Below, one piece after another: positions 1 to 13,400 of a DNA stretch of 64,000 nucleotides. Under the pieces are notes generated by a model. That model saw only the letters and a list, made by a program, of their open reading frames with translations. It searched no databases and was not told the origin of the DNA. The DNA lies in contig NC_068981.1 in assembly GCF_001194135.2 (NCBI RefSeq), positions 20,816,042 to 20,880,041 on the forward strand. Direction: 5' to 3'. Positions within the stretch are counted from its first letter, which is position 1, and each line of letters starts with the position of its first letter. The translations under genes were made by a program, and so were the position numbers. This DNA is from Octopus bimaculoides. Lineage: Eukaryota.

Positions 1-1002
1 ACTCGTTCTCATCTGTCGTATTTTTCTCAGTCAAACTCTACTATTTTTCCACCTACGTATAGTAATGTTCAGAGTTGTGAATACTTTTTACAGTATTACA
101 ATATCGTAACGATCATTCATGTGTAAAGAAACTCAGTGTGCTGTAATACTCTTTCGGTTATTCTTCCTAGACAAGATATGTATATCGGATGGAGCACTAT
201 TATCCTTGTTAATTACATATTTTATGATTACAGAAAAAAAAAATTAAAATGCTGGGTAACTTAATTGTTGAAGCGTTATTATTTGTGTTAGAACAGTAAT
301 TGACGTTCGTCTTCGTGTTTCGGTTTCAGTATGTATTTTATTCAGTCGACCGTAAAGGTTCGCCCTCCTCATTAATTATAGATAATGAAAGTAGTCCAAA
401 ATCCAGCAGTCCTTTAATACAGTCGTTAGACAATGAACGGCAGCGCATATGACTCTTTTTCTGGACCTACGAGATTAGTTGTTAAAGAGGAAGATGTTTG
501 TTTCAGGCCGGAGGCTTAGCGCGATTGAGTGAACTCTGCTAACGAGATCTGTGGGCCAATTGGTGATGTTAGACCTTAGGAAGTGTTGCCTAGCCTTTAG
601 TCATCCTTGAATGAGCAGACCCCTGATTAAAAGAATTCCAGTCATGAACATGCATAGTTTTATTTCAGATATCGTAAATGGAGAGCTCCATTATCGAATG
701 TGTCTTTTCCTTCTTTAAAACAACATGAAAACGATTTGAGGAATATTTATTTTGTCTGCTACATTACGTTTTGGTAGAGTTAAAGATGGCAGTTAAAATG
801 TCCACTAATAATTTGGCTTCATACTTTTATTGTTGTGAACAATCAAAGATAACTCCGATTGTTTCTTTAAACCATCATTACTTTGATACTACCTACAAAT
901 AGCAGTTGTGTAGCACCAGGTAATCCTAGATGGAACAGTTCTATCATACGCAGATGGCCGAACGGCAAGGTGCGACATACAGGCCCATCTATCCAACTAG
1001 AT

Positions 1003-1186
1003 CAGTGTTCCGCAACCTTTTTTCACTTGCTGTACACTTATATTCATTTCAAAATTCGGCGGCACGCCTGATCTAAAATTATAACTAAAAGCATATGGAA
1101 AAATTATATTCCGGTTACACTGCGGCACACCGAGCATCGTCTCGTGGCACACCAGTGTTACGCGGCATACCGGTTGCGGAGCACTG
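1003..1186. mobile_element. hAT (Charlie-like) MITE, 184 bp
   Basis: TIRs CAGTGTTCCGCAACC and GGTTGCGGAGCACTG match at 14/15. The 8-bp flanks aactagat and gactagat match at 7/8. Confidence 0.85.
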
Positions 1187-2479
1187 GACTAGATGATGGC
1201 CATAGAAGTACTGCTTCTATACTTTATTTATCAGCACAAAGGATGAAAGGTAGAATTAACCACTGTTGGGTTGAATATAGAGTGCAGAGTATTTGAGCAA
1301 ATATTGCTAGATTAACCTACCCAAACCAGCTAATTCGTCTGTGTGTGTGTCTTATTTCAGTCATTAGACTGCGGCCTTGCTGAGGCACCACCTTGAATAT
1401 GTATGTATAATATATATATATACGTTATACGTGTGTGTGTGTTGTATATCATCATTATTTAACATCTGTTTTCAATGCTGACTTTGGTTGAACAAGATTG
1501 TTTTGATCTGTATCAGCTTTTATTTGGAGTTAATGATCTCCTAGACGGATTGGAGGACCAAACTCACTCATACATTTCAATTTTGTCTTGGCTTTCTATG
1601 GCTAGATGTCCTTCCTGTCTCCACCACTTCACAAGATGTACTGGCTGCATTTTATGTTGCATCAACAATAGTGATGTTGCTTTGCATTCCATAAAACAAG
1701 AGTTTTTACTACTCTATGATGTGTTTATTCATTTAAAATAACCTGTCTGAAAAAGTAAGTAAAAGAGTGAGTGAAGATAAAAGAATCAAGATGGAGTTGG
1801 AGTGAAGGTTGTAAGATTATGAGGTAAAAATAGAGTGATTGTGGGAGAGTGGCAAAAGCAGAGAGAGTAATGGTTAGTAATAGAGGTGGACAATGGTAAG
1901 AATGAGTGATAGATACCAATAGCAAGTGGCTTGGGGGAAGAGGAGTAATGACTGGCAGTACAGAAAGGATGAACAGCTATTGTCTTTCTTAGTTGCACAG
2001 GCAGAATAAGACGGTAAATAGAAGAGAGGGCATGCTAATATTATACCTGCTTCATTTCTTTCTGCATTCAAAACCAAAGTCTATCATGCATTGCATTCGT
2101 ATAAACACTATTCATGTTCCTTCACTATGAGGGAGAAGTATTTTGTTGCTAGGAGAAGTAGAAGCTTCTAGAACATTCTCCAACTCATTCTTAGTCTAGT
2201 TTCTGTGTTTGTGCTACATAAAAAGCACTAAGTCCACTCTGCTGAGCGGTTGATGTTAGGAAGGGCATTGAGCTGTAAAAATCCTGCCAAAACAGTCATA
2301 GAAGTCTGGTGCAGGCTTCGGCTTGGCTAAATCTTGTCAAACCATCCCACCCATGCTAGCATGGAATATGGACATTAAATGATGATGATTTGTTTCATTA
2401 GAAAGATGGCATCAACAGTACCTCTTCCTTGTACAAAACCAGACTGCATCTTACCTAGGTTATGTTATCAATTAAACTA

Positions 2480-4085
2480 CAATTCTGGATCTTTCATTTT
2501 CTGGCTTAACAGTCTGACACCTCTGCAGTTTTCTACATCACTCCTTGTATATGACACCTGTGCTACCTGATTTGCTATGCAGATGAGTAGTCTATAACCT
2601 ACTTCACTAGAAATTTTAAGCATCTTAGCATTGCTGTCAACTTAAATGGTTGATCTACCTTATTGGTTCATCTTAGGGAGACTGTCTTTCTCCCATGCAT
2701 TTTCCTCATTCAACAAACTTGAAATAGCACTTCCTTGCCTCTTTCTTTTCTGTGTCAATACAAACAAGTGTACACACTTTTCTTCAGCACATCTCACTTT
2801 TCTTTCACACATTGCTCTGCACTCCAGAATATGTCTTATCTTACAATACTGGTGATCTTTTCACTTTCAGCTTCTCCTCTTGCTAGTGACTCTTCTTACC
2901 ATTTGATATTACTCTTTGCTGCTCCCTTTCTTCCAATCTTTCCAAGCCTATCTCTTTATGGCTCTATCTTGAGAATTATCTCACTGCCATGTTACCCTTC
3001 TTTTGCTAGGACTTTGCACCGTCCACAAATCTGGTTTGTTGCCTCAGTCTTGTATGAATTCTTTGGTGTAATTTTCTATCTCCTCTTTCTGTCTTGTTAT
3101 ATATGTAAATATGTTTCTAAACTTCTGATTTACTATGTGGATAACTAGCCAGGAATTTTAAGCACCTCGGAGATAATTCCTATAGAATCAGGTGTCTTCG
3201 CTGCCCTCATATCCTTTCGTCATAAATTCTCCTTCTCCTGAATAACTTTTGATTTGTCTAACTCTTACTCCGAAATCACTAACCACTAGTCTATATTGAG
3301 TTGTACATTCCTCATTGGGAAGGACACACATAGCTGTTGATCTCTTGTCCTGGTGAGTTAGTAGTATATTTTAGCTTTTATGCTGTTTTTTTTTCTTGGT
3401 TCATTTGTTTCCTGTCATTCGTTCATATTTTGTACATTCAGCAGAGCATGTTCACTTAATTTTTTTTTCTAGTCTTTGCAAATCCTCTGTGTTTAAGGCC
3501 CATATCTCGATACCATGTAGCCTTGTGCATCATATACAGGCTTCATACAATCTGCTTTTCCTCTATTGTTGGCCAGCCAAGGTAATAGTTCTGTAAACTT
3601 TTTTCAATCTGTTCTAACTTTGGCAAGTATGCTTTAGAGCATTTACCCCACTGTGAATTAGGTCACCTTGATAACAGAAGCTATCAACTATGAGAGAGTC
3701 TATTTTGCATGTGCTTTTAGTACTTATTGACATTGTGCACCTACTATATGCAGAGTCTACTTCTTTGTTAACTTGCCTGTGATTCTACTTCACCTCTTGT
3801 GCATCAGTTTACACTGAATATGCCACTTAGGATTCCTACTTACTCCTTTTCTACACACCAAGCATGGCCCCTTCTTTCATGATTCAGAGTCCTGTCTTTT
3901 CTACTACTCACTAAAACTTTAATCTTTGTTCAGGTTATATTGAGGCACCTTGATTCTGGGTTTTGCTTTCATGCTTGGAATTTCATTTTTAATTGTGCTA
4001 TCGATTCAGCTGGCTTGGAGAACAATAATGAACAGAAGGGAACTGAGCCCTGATACCCTTACCTTCTACTGTAGCTCTGGGTCGA
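2480..4085 (-). mobile_element. Two joined, decayed RTE-clade LINE fragments
   Basis: Minus-strand remnants: QGSV..LFIIVLQA and VDSFCYQGDLIHSG (RT, 4085-3370), then PNEECTTQYRLVVSDF and RGEAESEK (endonuclease end and linker, 3360-2480). These are homologous to the better-preserved RTE pieces at 42624 and 63820. Confidence 0.7.
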
Positions 4086-4118
4086 TCAAAGCCTTGTGAA
4101 TGGTGTTAGACTGAAAGA

Positions 4119-4156
<38 letters not shown>

Positions 4157-4730
4157 ATATTTCGCTCATGGTAATGTGGTTGGTGTTAAAAAGAGCATCT
4201 ACTCATAGAAACCAAGCTGATAGCGAAATTTAGGAGTAAGATGTGCACCAAATAGGAAAGTAGAAATGACCCATCTTACCCCTGCCAGAATGGAATGGAA
4301 AGTGGGTACACACACAGACTCAATGTCCCGTGTAATTCAAGAATATTGATATTAAGATCTTTATCTATTTTTTTGAGGTTTTTCGAGTGAACCAACATTC
4401 TCCGAGACTGATTTAAAGCAGAATGGCTATGCTTCATTAAATTACACTCAAATGAAATTTTTTTACACAGCACATAATAAAGCAGCTGTAAATTCTATGA
4501 GCCCTTCCCTTCACAATTTCGATACATAGTATTTTTGGCATTAGTCATGTAGTATTCTTGGCTGTAAGAATTGCCTTATTCTATCTTAGGTCATTATTGA
4601 TTCTCGATATGCGCTTTATTATTGATTTTGTTCCCTTTTATCATCGATGTTGTTAATATAAGACACATCGTGTGCTTTGGCAACTACCTCGGTTTTTAGT
4701 AACTGATATTGTTGACATATCTTTTAATGT

Positions 4731-4764
<34 letters not shown>

Positions 4765-5848
4765 CTCTTTTACTTGTTTCAGTCATTTTGACAGCGGCCA
4801 TGCTGGAGCACCGCCTTTAGTCGAGCAAATCGATCCCAGGACTTATTCTTTGTAAGTCTAGTACTTATTCTGTCGGTCCTTCAATGTAGACAATTTATAA
4901 TCTGTGTAAATAACGCTAACAGCAGACTATTTACCATATAAGTATCAGTATTTAAAATTTCAATAAATGGTTAAATATCACAGTATTTTCCCTATCGTTA
5001 TGGGAAGCAATTATATATTCAAAACAGTCCTAATTTCAATAGATTTCTCACTAAAACAACGGCAACGCCGTGGCCTGAAAAATAACGACACTAGCACTCC
5101 TCTTTCTCCCTTACACACACACCCATCTTCGATTTAATCATATCGGTTAATGTTTACATTAACTATCATAGCAGCGCCCTTATACATGTTTCCCATAAAA
5201 AAAAGAGTGGGTGGTAAAACAGAATAATGCAGAGTTAGAGAAAATTTTTTAAAAAGCACGAAAAAGTGAGTAGCCCTTAGCTATCTTCATCCTAAGTTTG
5301 CTCAATCAGAATTGGGTGGAGCTAAATGACAATATTTCTTCGAGAAATGTCAGGTAAAACATCATTTAATGACAGCATTATCCACACTTTGTTGTTGCGA
5401 ATACTCGACCATCACTAGACTCTTAAGTGTAATTTACAGCAAATGAAAAATAGCTGGAAAAGTAACAGGTTTACTTCGTCCTTGACACACCGAATGCTAA
5501 GTATTGGCTGGCAAATATCAGAAAAAAAGTGAGAGCAAATAAATTACAGATAGAAGGTGCCCAGAGAGAGAGTATAACTAAAGATTGAAAAAATCAGTAT
5601 GTTATACTGCGAGATCGTCAAATGATCTGATGCAAATGTATTTCTCTCCTTTATTCTTTCAAACATATATTTATATAAATACATATCATTTCAACGTTGT
5701 ATCTGGCTCGAAACTTGGAAAAAACTCCCCTGTAATTCCTAGTAAATATATCATCTATTGAGCACTTTCTTATGCATTTTAAAACTATAATAAACACATA
5801 AATATTCAGGTATTCGACAATAAAATCTTAAGTCTATTTGATAACAGT

Positions 5849-5887
5849 CACGTGTAAACATGACCAGAAAAATCGAGTAACTTCCGG
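5849..5887. promoter_or_regulatory. Candidate POMGNT2 promoter elements (E-box and ETS-like site)
   Basis: CACGTG at 5849-5854 and ACTTCCGG at 5880-5887, in a locally CpG-richer, repeat-free stretch. This is a motif match only. Confidence 0.35.
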
Positions 5888-6089
5888 CTGACTATCTACG
5901 GATGTCAATAAAGGTCATAACATTGAATACTAATACTGTAGGTGTCAGTAATAAGGCGACTCCCTCGACGTTTTCCGTTGTTAATTTAAAGTAGAAAGTT
6001 TATATATATCTTTCTTGTCTTTCGTCCTTTTCATATAGTTTACAGAATAAGATTTTAGATTGGATGCTTCCTGTTATATTGCCCCATTA

Positions 6090-6940
6090 GTGTGTATCAG
6101 TGTGTCTGTCTCTGAATGGAGCTCTTAATTCAGGTGTATCCCAGGGTTCAGATATGTCTTTCATATCCTTCCATATATGAATGACTTTATTGCAATACAC
6201 GCCGCTTTACAAATTATTAAATACCCGGTGTTCTTCCTTAATCTTCAGACAGTATTCACATATAACTTAAACACCAGGCTAAACATTCACTACATCAATG
6301 TAACTTTGAGAATATCCTTCAGTAACGCCAAGACCACCTAATTTCTTCCAACAGCACAAACGTACAATCACTGACGTATAAAGCAACAATCTTGAATCTT
6401 GCCTTCTCTACTCATGAACTATATATAACTGAAACTCTGAAAGTCACTATAAATATAAATATAGGCTTCACAATCTCTGACAGTCTTTCATGGCAACCCC
6501 ACATTACTAAAATTTCATCACAGAGACAAAACTTCTTCAAAGCCAGGAAATACTTCAGTCTTGATCAGTTTCCTAGCTCTTTTCAAAGTACATTGGAGTA
6601 CTACTACACTTACAAACATTGTAAAACACAACCAAAAGAGAACCAATTGACTGATTGGTAGAAAGCCAGCTACCAAAATATTATAACCTCTAGCTCAGAT
6701 CTACTCTATTTCTGACCACTACCATATTTATTGCAACCATTTTCTCTGCTCTTCTGGACTAGCTAGTTATACCCAAACCTACTCAACTTACCAGTCTCTC
6801 CTCTTCTGATCATGCTTACTGTGTCATGCCTCTCAAATCCCACACTAAAAACTTCATCCAATCTCTTTCATGAACATCAAGATGGTGGAACATCTTCCCT
6901 TCCCATTTTTTACTTGCAAACATTAACCTTCAGATGTTTG
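6090..6940 (+). mobile_element. Decayed CR1/L2-type LINE RT relic
   Basis: SGVSQGS resembles the GVPQGS RT motif, and a 3' remnant FIQSL..SRWWNIFP is present; many stops. Confidence 0.5.
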
Positions 6941-8007
6941 ATATGGGCATCAGCTACACTAGTATCATCAGTCTGAGACGATCTACAAAGGGCATGAGCA
7001 CTGCCCTACTATGTTTAACTAATAAAAATAGTGTACTTACAATTTTGTTACATAGCATTTGCTGGAGTTAGATGGGTCCAACGTGGCAATAAATGTTGCA
7101 CTGATCTTGGTGTAGATGTAGTTTATATTTGTTTGGATCAGGTGAGAAATATAATTTTTTTTCTGTTGCTGTGTTGTAGTTTTGTAGTGTGTGTCTAGGT
7201 GTTCATAGGTTATTAAACAAGTGTTGTATGGGCTTGAGCAAACTTTAGTCATGAACTATGCTTATCAGTTGTCACTTCCTAAACAACTGATACCACAATC
7301 TAAATATTTAGTGACTTTTTATTATCTATTAAGTGTCCATATCCCTTCCAGCTTGGAGTTAGTAGAGGGAAGAGAGAGGAGATGCAGTTGTAGAGATGAA
7401 TGAGAGAAAGAGAGAGGGCTGCAGTTATGGAGATGAAGATTTGAGCAAAGTATAGAATTCACAAGGTAACATAGTAGTGGAGGTAGTGGTGCATAGCTTA
7501 ATAGTTCAGTAGAACTGGGACTGGATGTTTAGTTTCGGACTTTAGTTGTGTGAGGGATGTAGAGGGTAAAACATGTTAAAGGATAATTTCTCTCAGTTAG
7601 CTGTCTTGGTTGGATTGGGGATGGTCAGCATATAATTAACATTGTTGCATCATTTGAACTGATTTGAAGGGCATGAAGTTGTGTCATAAAGTCATATGTG
7701 AATTGCCTTGATAACATATCTACTTTTTCCATGAAAATGAGAAATTAATTTATGTGCATCAGTTTTAGCCATTTTTTAAAACTTCATTTTGGTGTTAGGA
7801 AAAGCATCCAGCTGTAGAAACTCTGCCAGATCAGCTTGGAGCCTGGTGCAGCCATCTGGTTCACCAGTCCCCAATCAAACCGTCCAACCCATGCCAGCAT
7901 GGAAAGCAGACGTTAAACGATGATGATGATTTCTTTTCATGTAGAAAAATGTTCAGTTGTACATCTAAGAAAAAAATATATACTTGAGCCATGTATCCAA
8001 TTTCTTG

Positions 8008-8030
8008 ATTTTATTTTTTTCTATTTTCAG
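8008..8030 (+). promoter_or_regulatory. Splice acceptor ahead of the POMGNT2 coding exon (5'UTR intron)
   Basis: Polypyrimidine tract attttatttttttctattttcAG ending at 8030, 91 nt before the ATG. Confidence 0.7.
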
Positions 8031-8121
8031 GAAGAAGAAAATATTCTATTGTTGCTCAAAGGAACAGTTTATTTAAACATCACTTAGCTATCTGAAGTGA
8101 TATAAAGTAGTTTCTGTGAAA

Positions 8122-9918
8122 ATGCCGTCTCTCCATTATATTTCACATGCTGTTGCTCTTGCATTGATTGCAATGCTGATCAGAAAATACATAGAACTGA
8201 AGATTTACCATGATGATGTCATGTCTTCATGTTACCTTTCTGAAACAAACCATGAAAATTCAGAAGTAGAAAATGAAATTGAACATGAAACACCTCCAAA
8301 AGCTCCTGTGCCAACTTCTGATGACCCTAGATTTCTAACACCAGAGTATTTGAATCAGAAACTATTTTCTGATGGCTCATCGGTAACCTGTAATCCTACA
8401 GACCATGCTGCTCAACGGACTTGCCATTTTGTCAACCTGTGTTATTTTGCTGAAAGAGACAGTTACTTGTTTTTTCACAGTGATAAAAGTATACTTGAAA
8501 ATATTCCTGTTAATCGATACTCTCCAACTTTAGTTGAATTATCTTCAGTTACAAACCATACTTACAACCATTTTAATTATATTGACATGCCTGTAAGTGC
8601 TTCTAGATTGTTCCATATAAAATGGGTGACAACTTCCAGTTTGATTATAAGAAGATTTAAGCCTGACAATCTTATGCATGTCATTCATGATGATATTCTA
8701 CCTCTCTTTCAGACTCTCAGACATTTTAATCTTGCTGCCAATACTTCAGACCGCTTTCATTATAGATTAATATTTGATGATGAGTGGGGAGAAGGTCCTT
8801 TCTTAAAACTCTATGATATTCTCTCAGTGTATCAACCGATTTTTAAGTCTATGCTTCGTGAAGCCCCAGGATTAACTTGTTTTCATCAAGCCTATGTTGG
8901 TTTAGTAAAATCTACTGCATGGTATGATTATGGCTTTTATAAGCCACAAGGTCCTCTTCCTGAAAGAAAGGTGAGCAGTGTTGAAATTAACAGCTTATTG
9001 GAGTATACACGGAGAGAATTAGGTCTAAGCATCAATACTGATAATTCAGATTATTTAGTTCTCATATCAAGGAAATCAACAAGGCTGATCTTGAATGAAA
9101 TTGAATTAAGCTTAGCTTTGTCACGTGAGGTCCGTATTAAAGTGATTCATTTAAGTCAAGAACAGTATACAATTGAACAGATGATTGAAGTTGTGTCTAA
9201 TTCTATAGGAATAATTGGAATGCATGGATCATTATTAACACTTGCTATGTACTTACCTGCTGGTAGTATTTTAATAGAGCTGTTCCCATATGCTGTAAAT
9301 CCTGATCATTATACTCCATATAAAACACTGGTTTCTTTGCCTGGAATGAACATTCTGTACAGAGCATGGCGTAATATGGAACAAAAGAAATCATTTGGTC
9401 ATTTAACTATGGGAAATATTGAATATCTTCCTCATGATGTACAACAAAGAATTATTTCTCAAATGGAAGTTCCAAGACATATTTGTTGTGATGATCCATC
9501 ATGGCTTTACCATATTTACCAAGACACACAAGTTGATATTGAAACTATAATCTCCTTGACACAAGAAGCTATTTTGGCCACAAAAACTGAAAACAATCGG
9601 GCCTTGGATAAAATAGCTACAAACTTTGTCATACCTGATAAAGTTACACATGATAGTTGCAAAACTATGGTTGATGGCTCCAAGCAGATAATTATTTATT
9701 GGGAAATTCCTTGGAACTTACAGTTTTTCAACTATGAAACAGTTGAATATGAAGTGTTGTTGCAATACACCAAAAGTCCTGAAAAATCTACAATTTTTAG
9801 AGTTTCAGCCAACTCCATAACACTAGAACCATCAGACAGTTTTTACATTGTGTGGGTTCGCTGTAGCTTGGATGAGATTCATGTGGGACCATTTAAGCAA
9901 ATTGCTTGTGTTGAATGA
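8122..9918 (+). CDS. POMGNT2: Protein O-linked-mannose beta-1,4-N-acetylglucosaminyltransferase 2 (GT61 family, type II membrane protein, C-terminal FnIII-like domain); single coding exon, 598 aa
   Basis: The uninterrupted ORF has its first ATG at 8122 and an in-frame TGA upstream at 8098-8100; the track's 8116 start is a GTG. It has an N-terminal hydrophobic anchor HAVALALIAMLI. Motifs RFKPDNLMHVIHDDILPLF, ELFPYAVNPDHYTPYKTL..LPGM and EVPRHICCDDPSWLYHIYQDTQVDI match vertebrate POMGNT2 as I recall it. Confidence 0.95.
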   Translation: MPSLHYISHAVALALIAMLIRKYIELKIYHDDVMSSCYLSETNHENSEVENEIEHETPPKAPVPTSDDPRFLTPEYLNQKLFSDGSSVTCNPTDHAAQRTCHFVNLCYFAERDSYLFFHSDKSILENIPVNRYSPTLVELSSVTNHTYNHFNYIDMPVSASRLFHIKWVTTSSLIIRRFKPDNLMHVIHDDILPLFQTLRHFNLAANTSDRFHYRLIFDDEWGEGPFLKLYDILSVYQPIFKSMLREAPGLTCFHQAYVGLVKSTAWYDYGFYKPQGPLPERKVSSVEINSLLEYTRRELGLSINTDNSDYLVLISRKSTRLILNEIELSLALSREVRIKVIHLSQEQYTIEQMIEVVSNSIGIIGMHGSLLTLAMYLPAGSILIELFPYAVNPDHYTPYKTLVSLPGMNILYRAWRNMEQKKSFGHLTMGNIEYLPHDVQQRIISQMEVPRHICCDDPSWLYHIYQDTQVDIETIISLTQEAILATKTENNRALDKIATNFVIPDKVTHDSCKTMVDGSKQIIIYWEIPWNLQFFNYETVEYEVLLQYTKSPEKSTIFRVSANSITLEPSDSFYIVWVRCSLDEIHVGPFKQIACVE

Positions 9919-10199
9919 TTTGTTATGCTTGGCAATAATTGATAATATTCAAATTATGCTGGGGTCAACTTTGCCTCTCATCCTTCCAGGGTAGATCAAA
10001 ATATATCAGTCAAGTTCTGGTGTTGATATAATTGACTAAATCCTCCCCAAAATTTGAGGCCTTGTGCCTGTATAAGTAAAAAAAAAAAATCAGTGATTGA
10101 TATTTGATGAAGTCAGTTCTCTATTTATTTTAGAAGAGTTATTTTCTTGAACTTAACTCTTATTCCAAAGTATTCATGTTGTAAATAATTTGTCAGACA

Positions 10200-10205
10200 A
10201 ATAAA
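10200..10205 (+). terminator. Candidate polyadenylation signal for POMGNT2
   Basis: AATAAA about 280 nt after the stop codon; usage unverified. Confidence 0.3.
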
Positions 10206-10368
10206 TTCCAGTTTACAGTCATTATCTAAGTATAAAAGCCTCTTTCCCTCTGAAAAGAGGAACATACCACTTAAATACTTTTTTTGTTTCTAGTCTGAAA
10301 AATGTATTTTCTTGTATCAGCCAATATTTTAATGATTCATCCACTTCTCTCTCATTTCTGCCCCTCAA

Positions 10369-10410
<42 letters not shown>

Positions 10411-13400
10411 TACATGCACATACATACATACTTATGACAGACAGATATGAACCAGAAGTCACTCAGTTAAATGACTCAAGACTGGATTGGACTTCAAGAA
10501 TAATATTGTATATGTCATTAAATTAAAATGATTCATTACAGTTGGCCATATGTTTCACACTTTTATTTTCTAAGAAATGAAGCATTTAGTGAAGTTGATG
10601 AAATTTATACTCAAAATTGGGATTATTTGTTTGTAGGGATATTCTAAATATAGATGGAGAAACTCAAATTGAATAGAAGAGAGTATAAAGGTTAGAGGGA
10701 GTGTAGTGATGTAGATGAGGGTGGATAATGACAAATGTACTGGTAGATCTTCGAATTGGTACAGAGAGAAAAAAAATGTTAAATAGGGAAATATTTAAGA
10801 AAGTATATTAATGGAGGGGAATGAGTAGGAGAGTAACATAAGGATGTGGTGGTGGGGAAGTGAATAATAACTTACCTGTAAATAGTGAAAATATATAAAA
10901 TATATAAACTTTACTTGTAAGGAATGAAGAAAGAATATGAATTTAAGATTGTATTTAGTATATATAGTAAAGAGTATTTAAATTGAGCAAAATATAACCA
11001 TAATCAAAGTTTTTTTTAAAGTATGATAACAAAACAAGCTAAGAAGAATGTCTATATTTCTAGCTGTTGTAGATGTTTGAAGGAGGAGATATGATGAAGA
11101 CAAACGAGATTAAGGGGGGGGGGATAAAGAGATGAAGAAGAAAAAACTATAACCAATCCCACTGCATGTGTCTTTTACTGTAGTCCGTGGTTCAGTTGCC
11201 TTTTGAGTGAAACTGTGAGTGCCCATGTGTAAATAAAACTCGGTATATGCAATTGAAGCAGCATTAAATGAAAATTGCCATCTGTGTATCATAGTAAATG
11301 TATACACACTGTGAGAAGGCATGAAACTGGATTTGTTCAAGCTAAAATCTCTTCATAGACTTATCATCATTGTTTAACATCCACTTTCCATGCTAGTATG
11401 AGTTGGACAGTTTGACTGAAAACTGGTAAGCCAGGGAGCTGTACCAGGTTCCAATCTGTTTTGGCACGGTTTCTACAGCTGGATGCCCTTCCTAATGCCA
11501 ACCACTCCAAGAGTGTAGTGGGTGCTTTTACGTGCCTTTGACGTGACACTGGCATTGGCCATGACTATGATCTCACTTGGCTTGACAGGTCTGCACAAGC
11601 ACAGTGTACCACCAAAGGTCTCAGTCACTTGTCACTGCTTCCATGAGGTCCAACATTCGAACGGTGCTTTTTATGTGCCACCAACATGGGTGCCAGCCAG
11701 ATGACACTAAATATATATTGGAGCGAGACAAACATTGTTGCTGCAGAGACTCATGAGAATGCAATGCCAGTGAATATTTTATTCACTGTTTCCTATATAT
11801 ATATACATATATATATCTATCAAAGAATGAATTTTGTTTAAGTTGGTAACAATCAAGTACTTAGCATTGACAAAGGCAAAATATGTTGTGAGTTACTATA
11901 GCAACAAAATTTGTTTCACTTGGATATATATACAGTAATACCTCGACTATCCTAGGTGTTATGTTTCAAAACCCCACCACAATAGGTGAAAATCTACTTA
12001 GTAGAAACAGTACTGTACTGTATATTTTTATAATTTATGATAATGAAATCATTGTATACAGTGCTCAGGTGCACTACAACTTGTCAAAAGTGCGTATAAA
12101 GCATATGCAGTATTGTACAGATGTCTGGAAAGTGAACAGTGTTTGAGTCAGATAGATGCTTGCATGTGTATGGAGGGGAGAAAATCAGGTGTAGTGTTGG
12201 CGAATCTCAGGAAGCATGGAAGTTTTGATGGATGTAGTGCTCTGACAACTAACAACTGATGCTGGCAGTTTGTTCCATACTTCAGCAACTTTGTATGTAT
12301 TTATTTTATTACAAATGCAAACCAACACCATGGAGGAATCGACGTAAGCTTAAATAATAAACCACGATATGGCAAGGGATTACTATAGTTTTTTTCTTTT
12401 TAACACAAGTGTATGATCTCCAACAAAAACCGCTTCTTGCCTTATAACTGTGTATATATTTAGTGTGAAACACAGATGACAGTATATGTATGTATGTATG
12501 CATGTTTGCTTGCATATTTACATATATATGTATGTATGTATGTATGTATGTGCACATGTGAGTATATATATGTATATACACGTATTTATAGGTGTGTATA
12601 TGTATTTGTAATTGCATTTGAATGTTAACCCTGGAGTTTACTCTATAAAGCTCATCCATGGGTCCAGGCTATCAGACAGATGGTAATCTGGAGATTGATT
12701 GTTATATCAAATACATACCTGAAAATCCACAAGAACCTGCAATATCTCTATAATTATAACCAGAGAATGGAGTGAACAAGTTCTATTTCATTAATTTACA
12801 ATTGTTTCCTGGAAAATCCATCTTGTGAGCATTACTGTATTATGCAATAATATTGAAGGTCAGAATCATACAAGAAAGTTATTTGCTGTGAAAAATTGAG
12901 TTAAGGATAATTTATACCTCTATTGAGTAAGGCATGCTTAAATGATTACATTTACATATTACACGCCAAACAAAACAAACCCTGGTTTGAGTTGACTGGT
13001 CAAGGATGAATCAGAAAAAAAAAAGCATAAAAGCTTTTAGTTTATGGCTGACTGCTATAAGGAGGCAGACAAAAAGACTACAGAGTACCTTTAAGATGGA
13101 AACTGTTGACGATTATAATTCATTATGTGATGTCTAAAAGCAAAATTTTTTCTTGTATGTATTTATTCTTTTTTTTTTTTTTGCTTTTCAATTCATCCTT
13201 CTTGACCAAACAAAGGTTTGTTTTGTTTGGTTTGTAATATATAAATGTAACCATTTAAACATGTCCAACTCGATATAGGTATAAATTATTGTTAGCTCAA
13301 GTTTCTTCAGCAAATAACTTTTATACATGATTTTGAAGGATCCATTCCACAGACATACATCTTCTTAGTAAGCACTGCCTACAAAGACTAGAACTTCATA

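Noticed and set aside
6930-6985. CTGATGA...CAAACATCTGA on the minus strand
   Set aside because: GAAA is broken and there is no stem II; not called as a ribozyme.
11933-12135. TA-CAGTAATACCTCG Tigger-like terminus
   Set aside because: Only one end is visible; boundaries cannot be supported.
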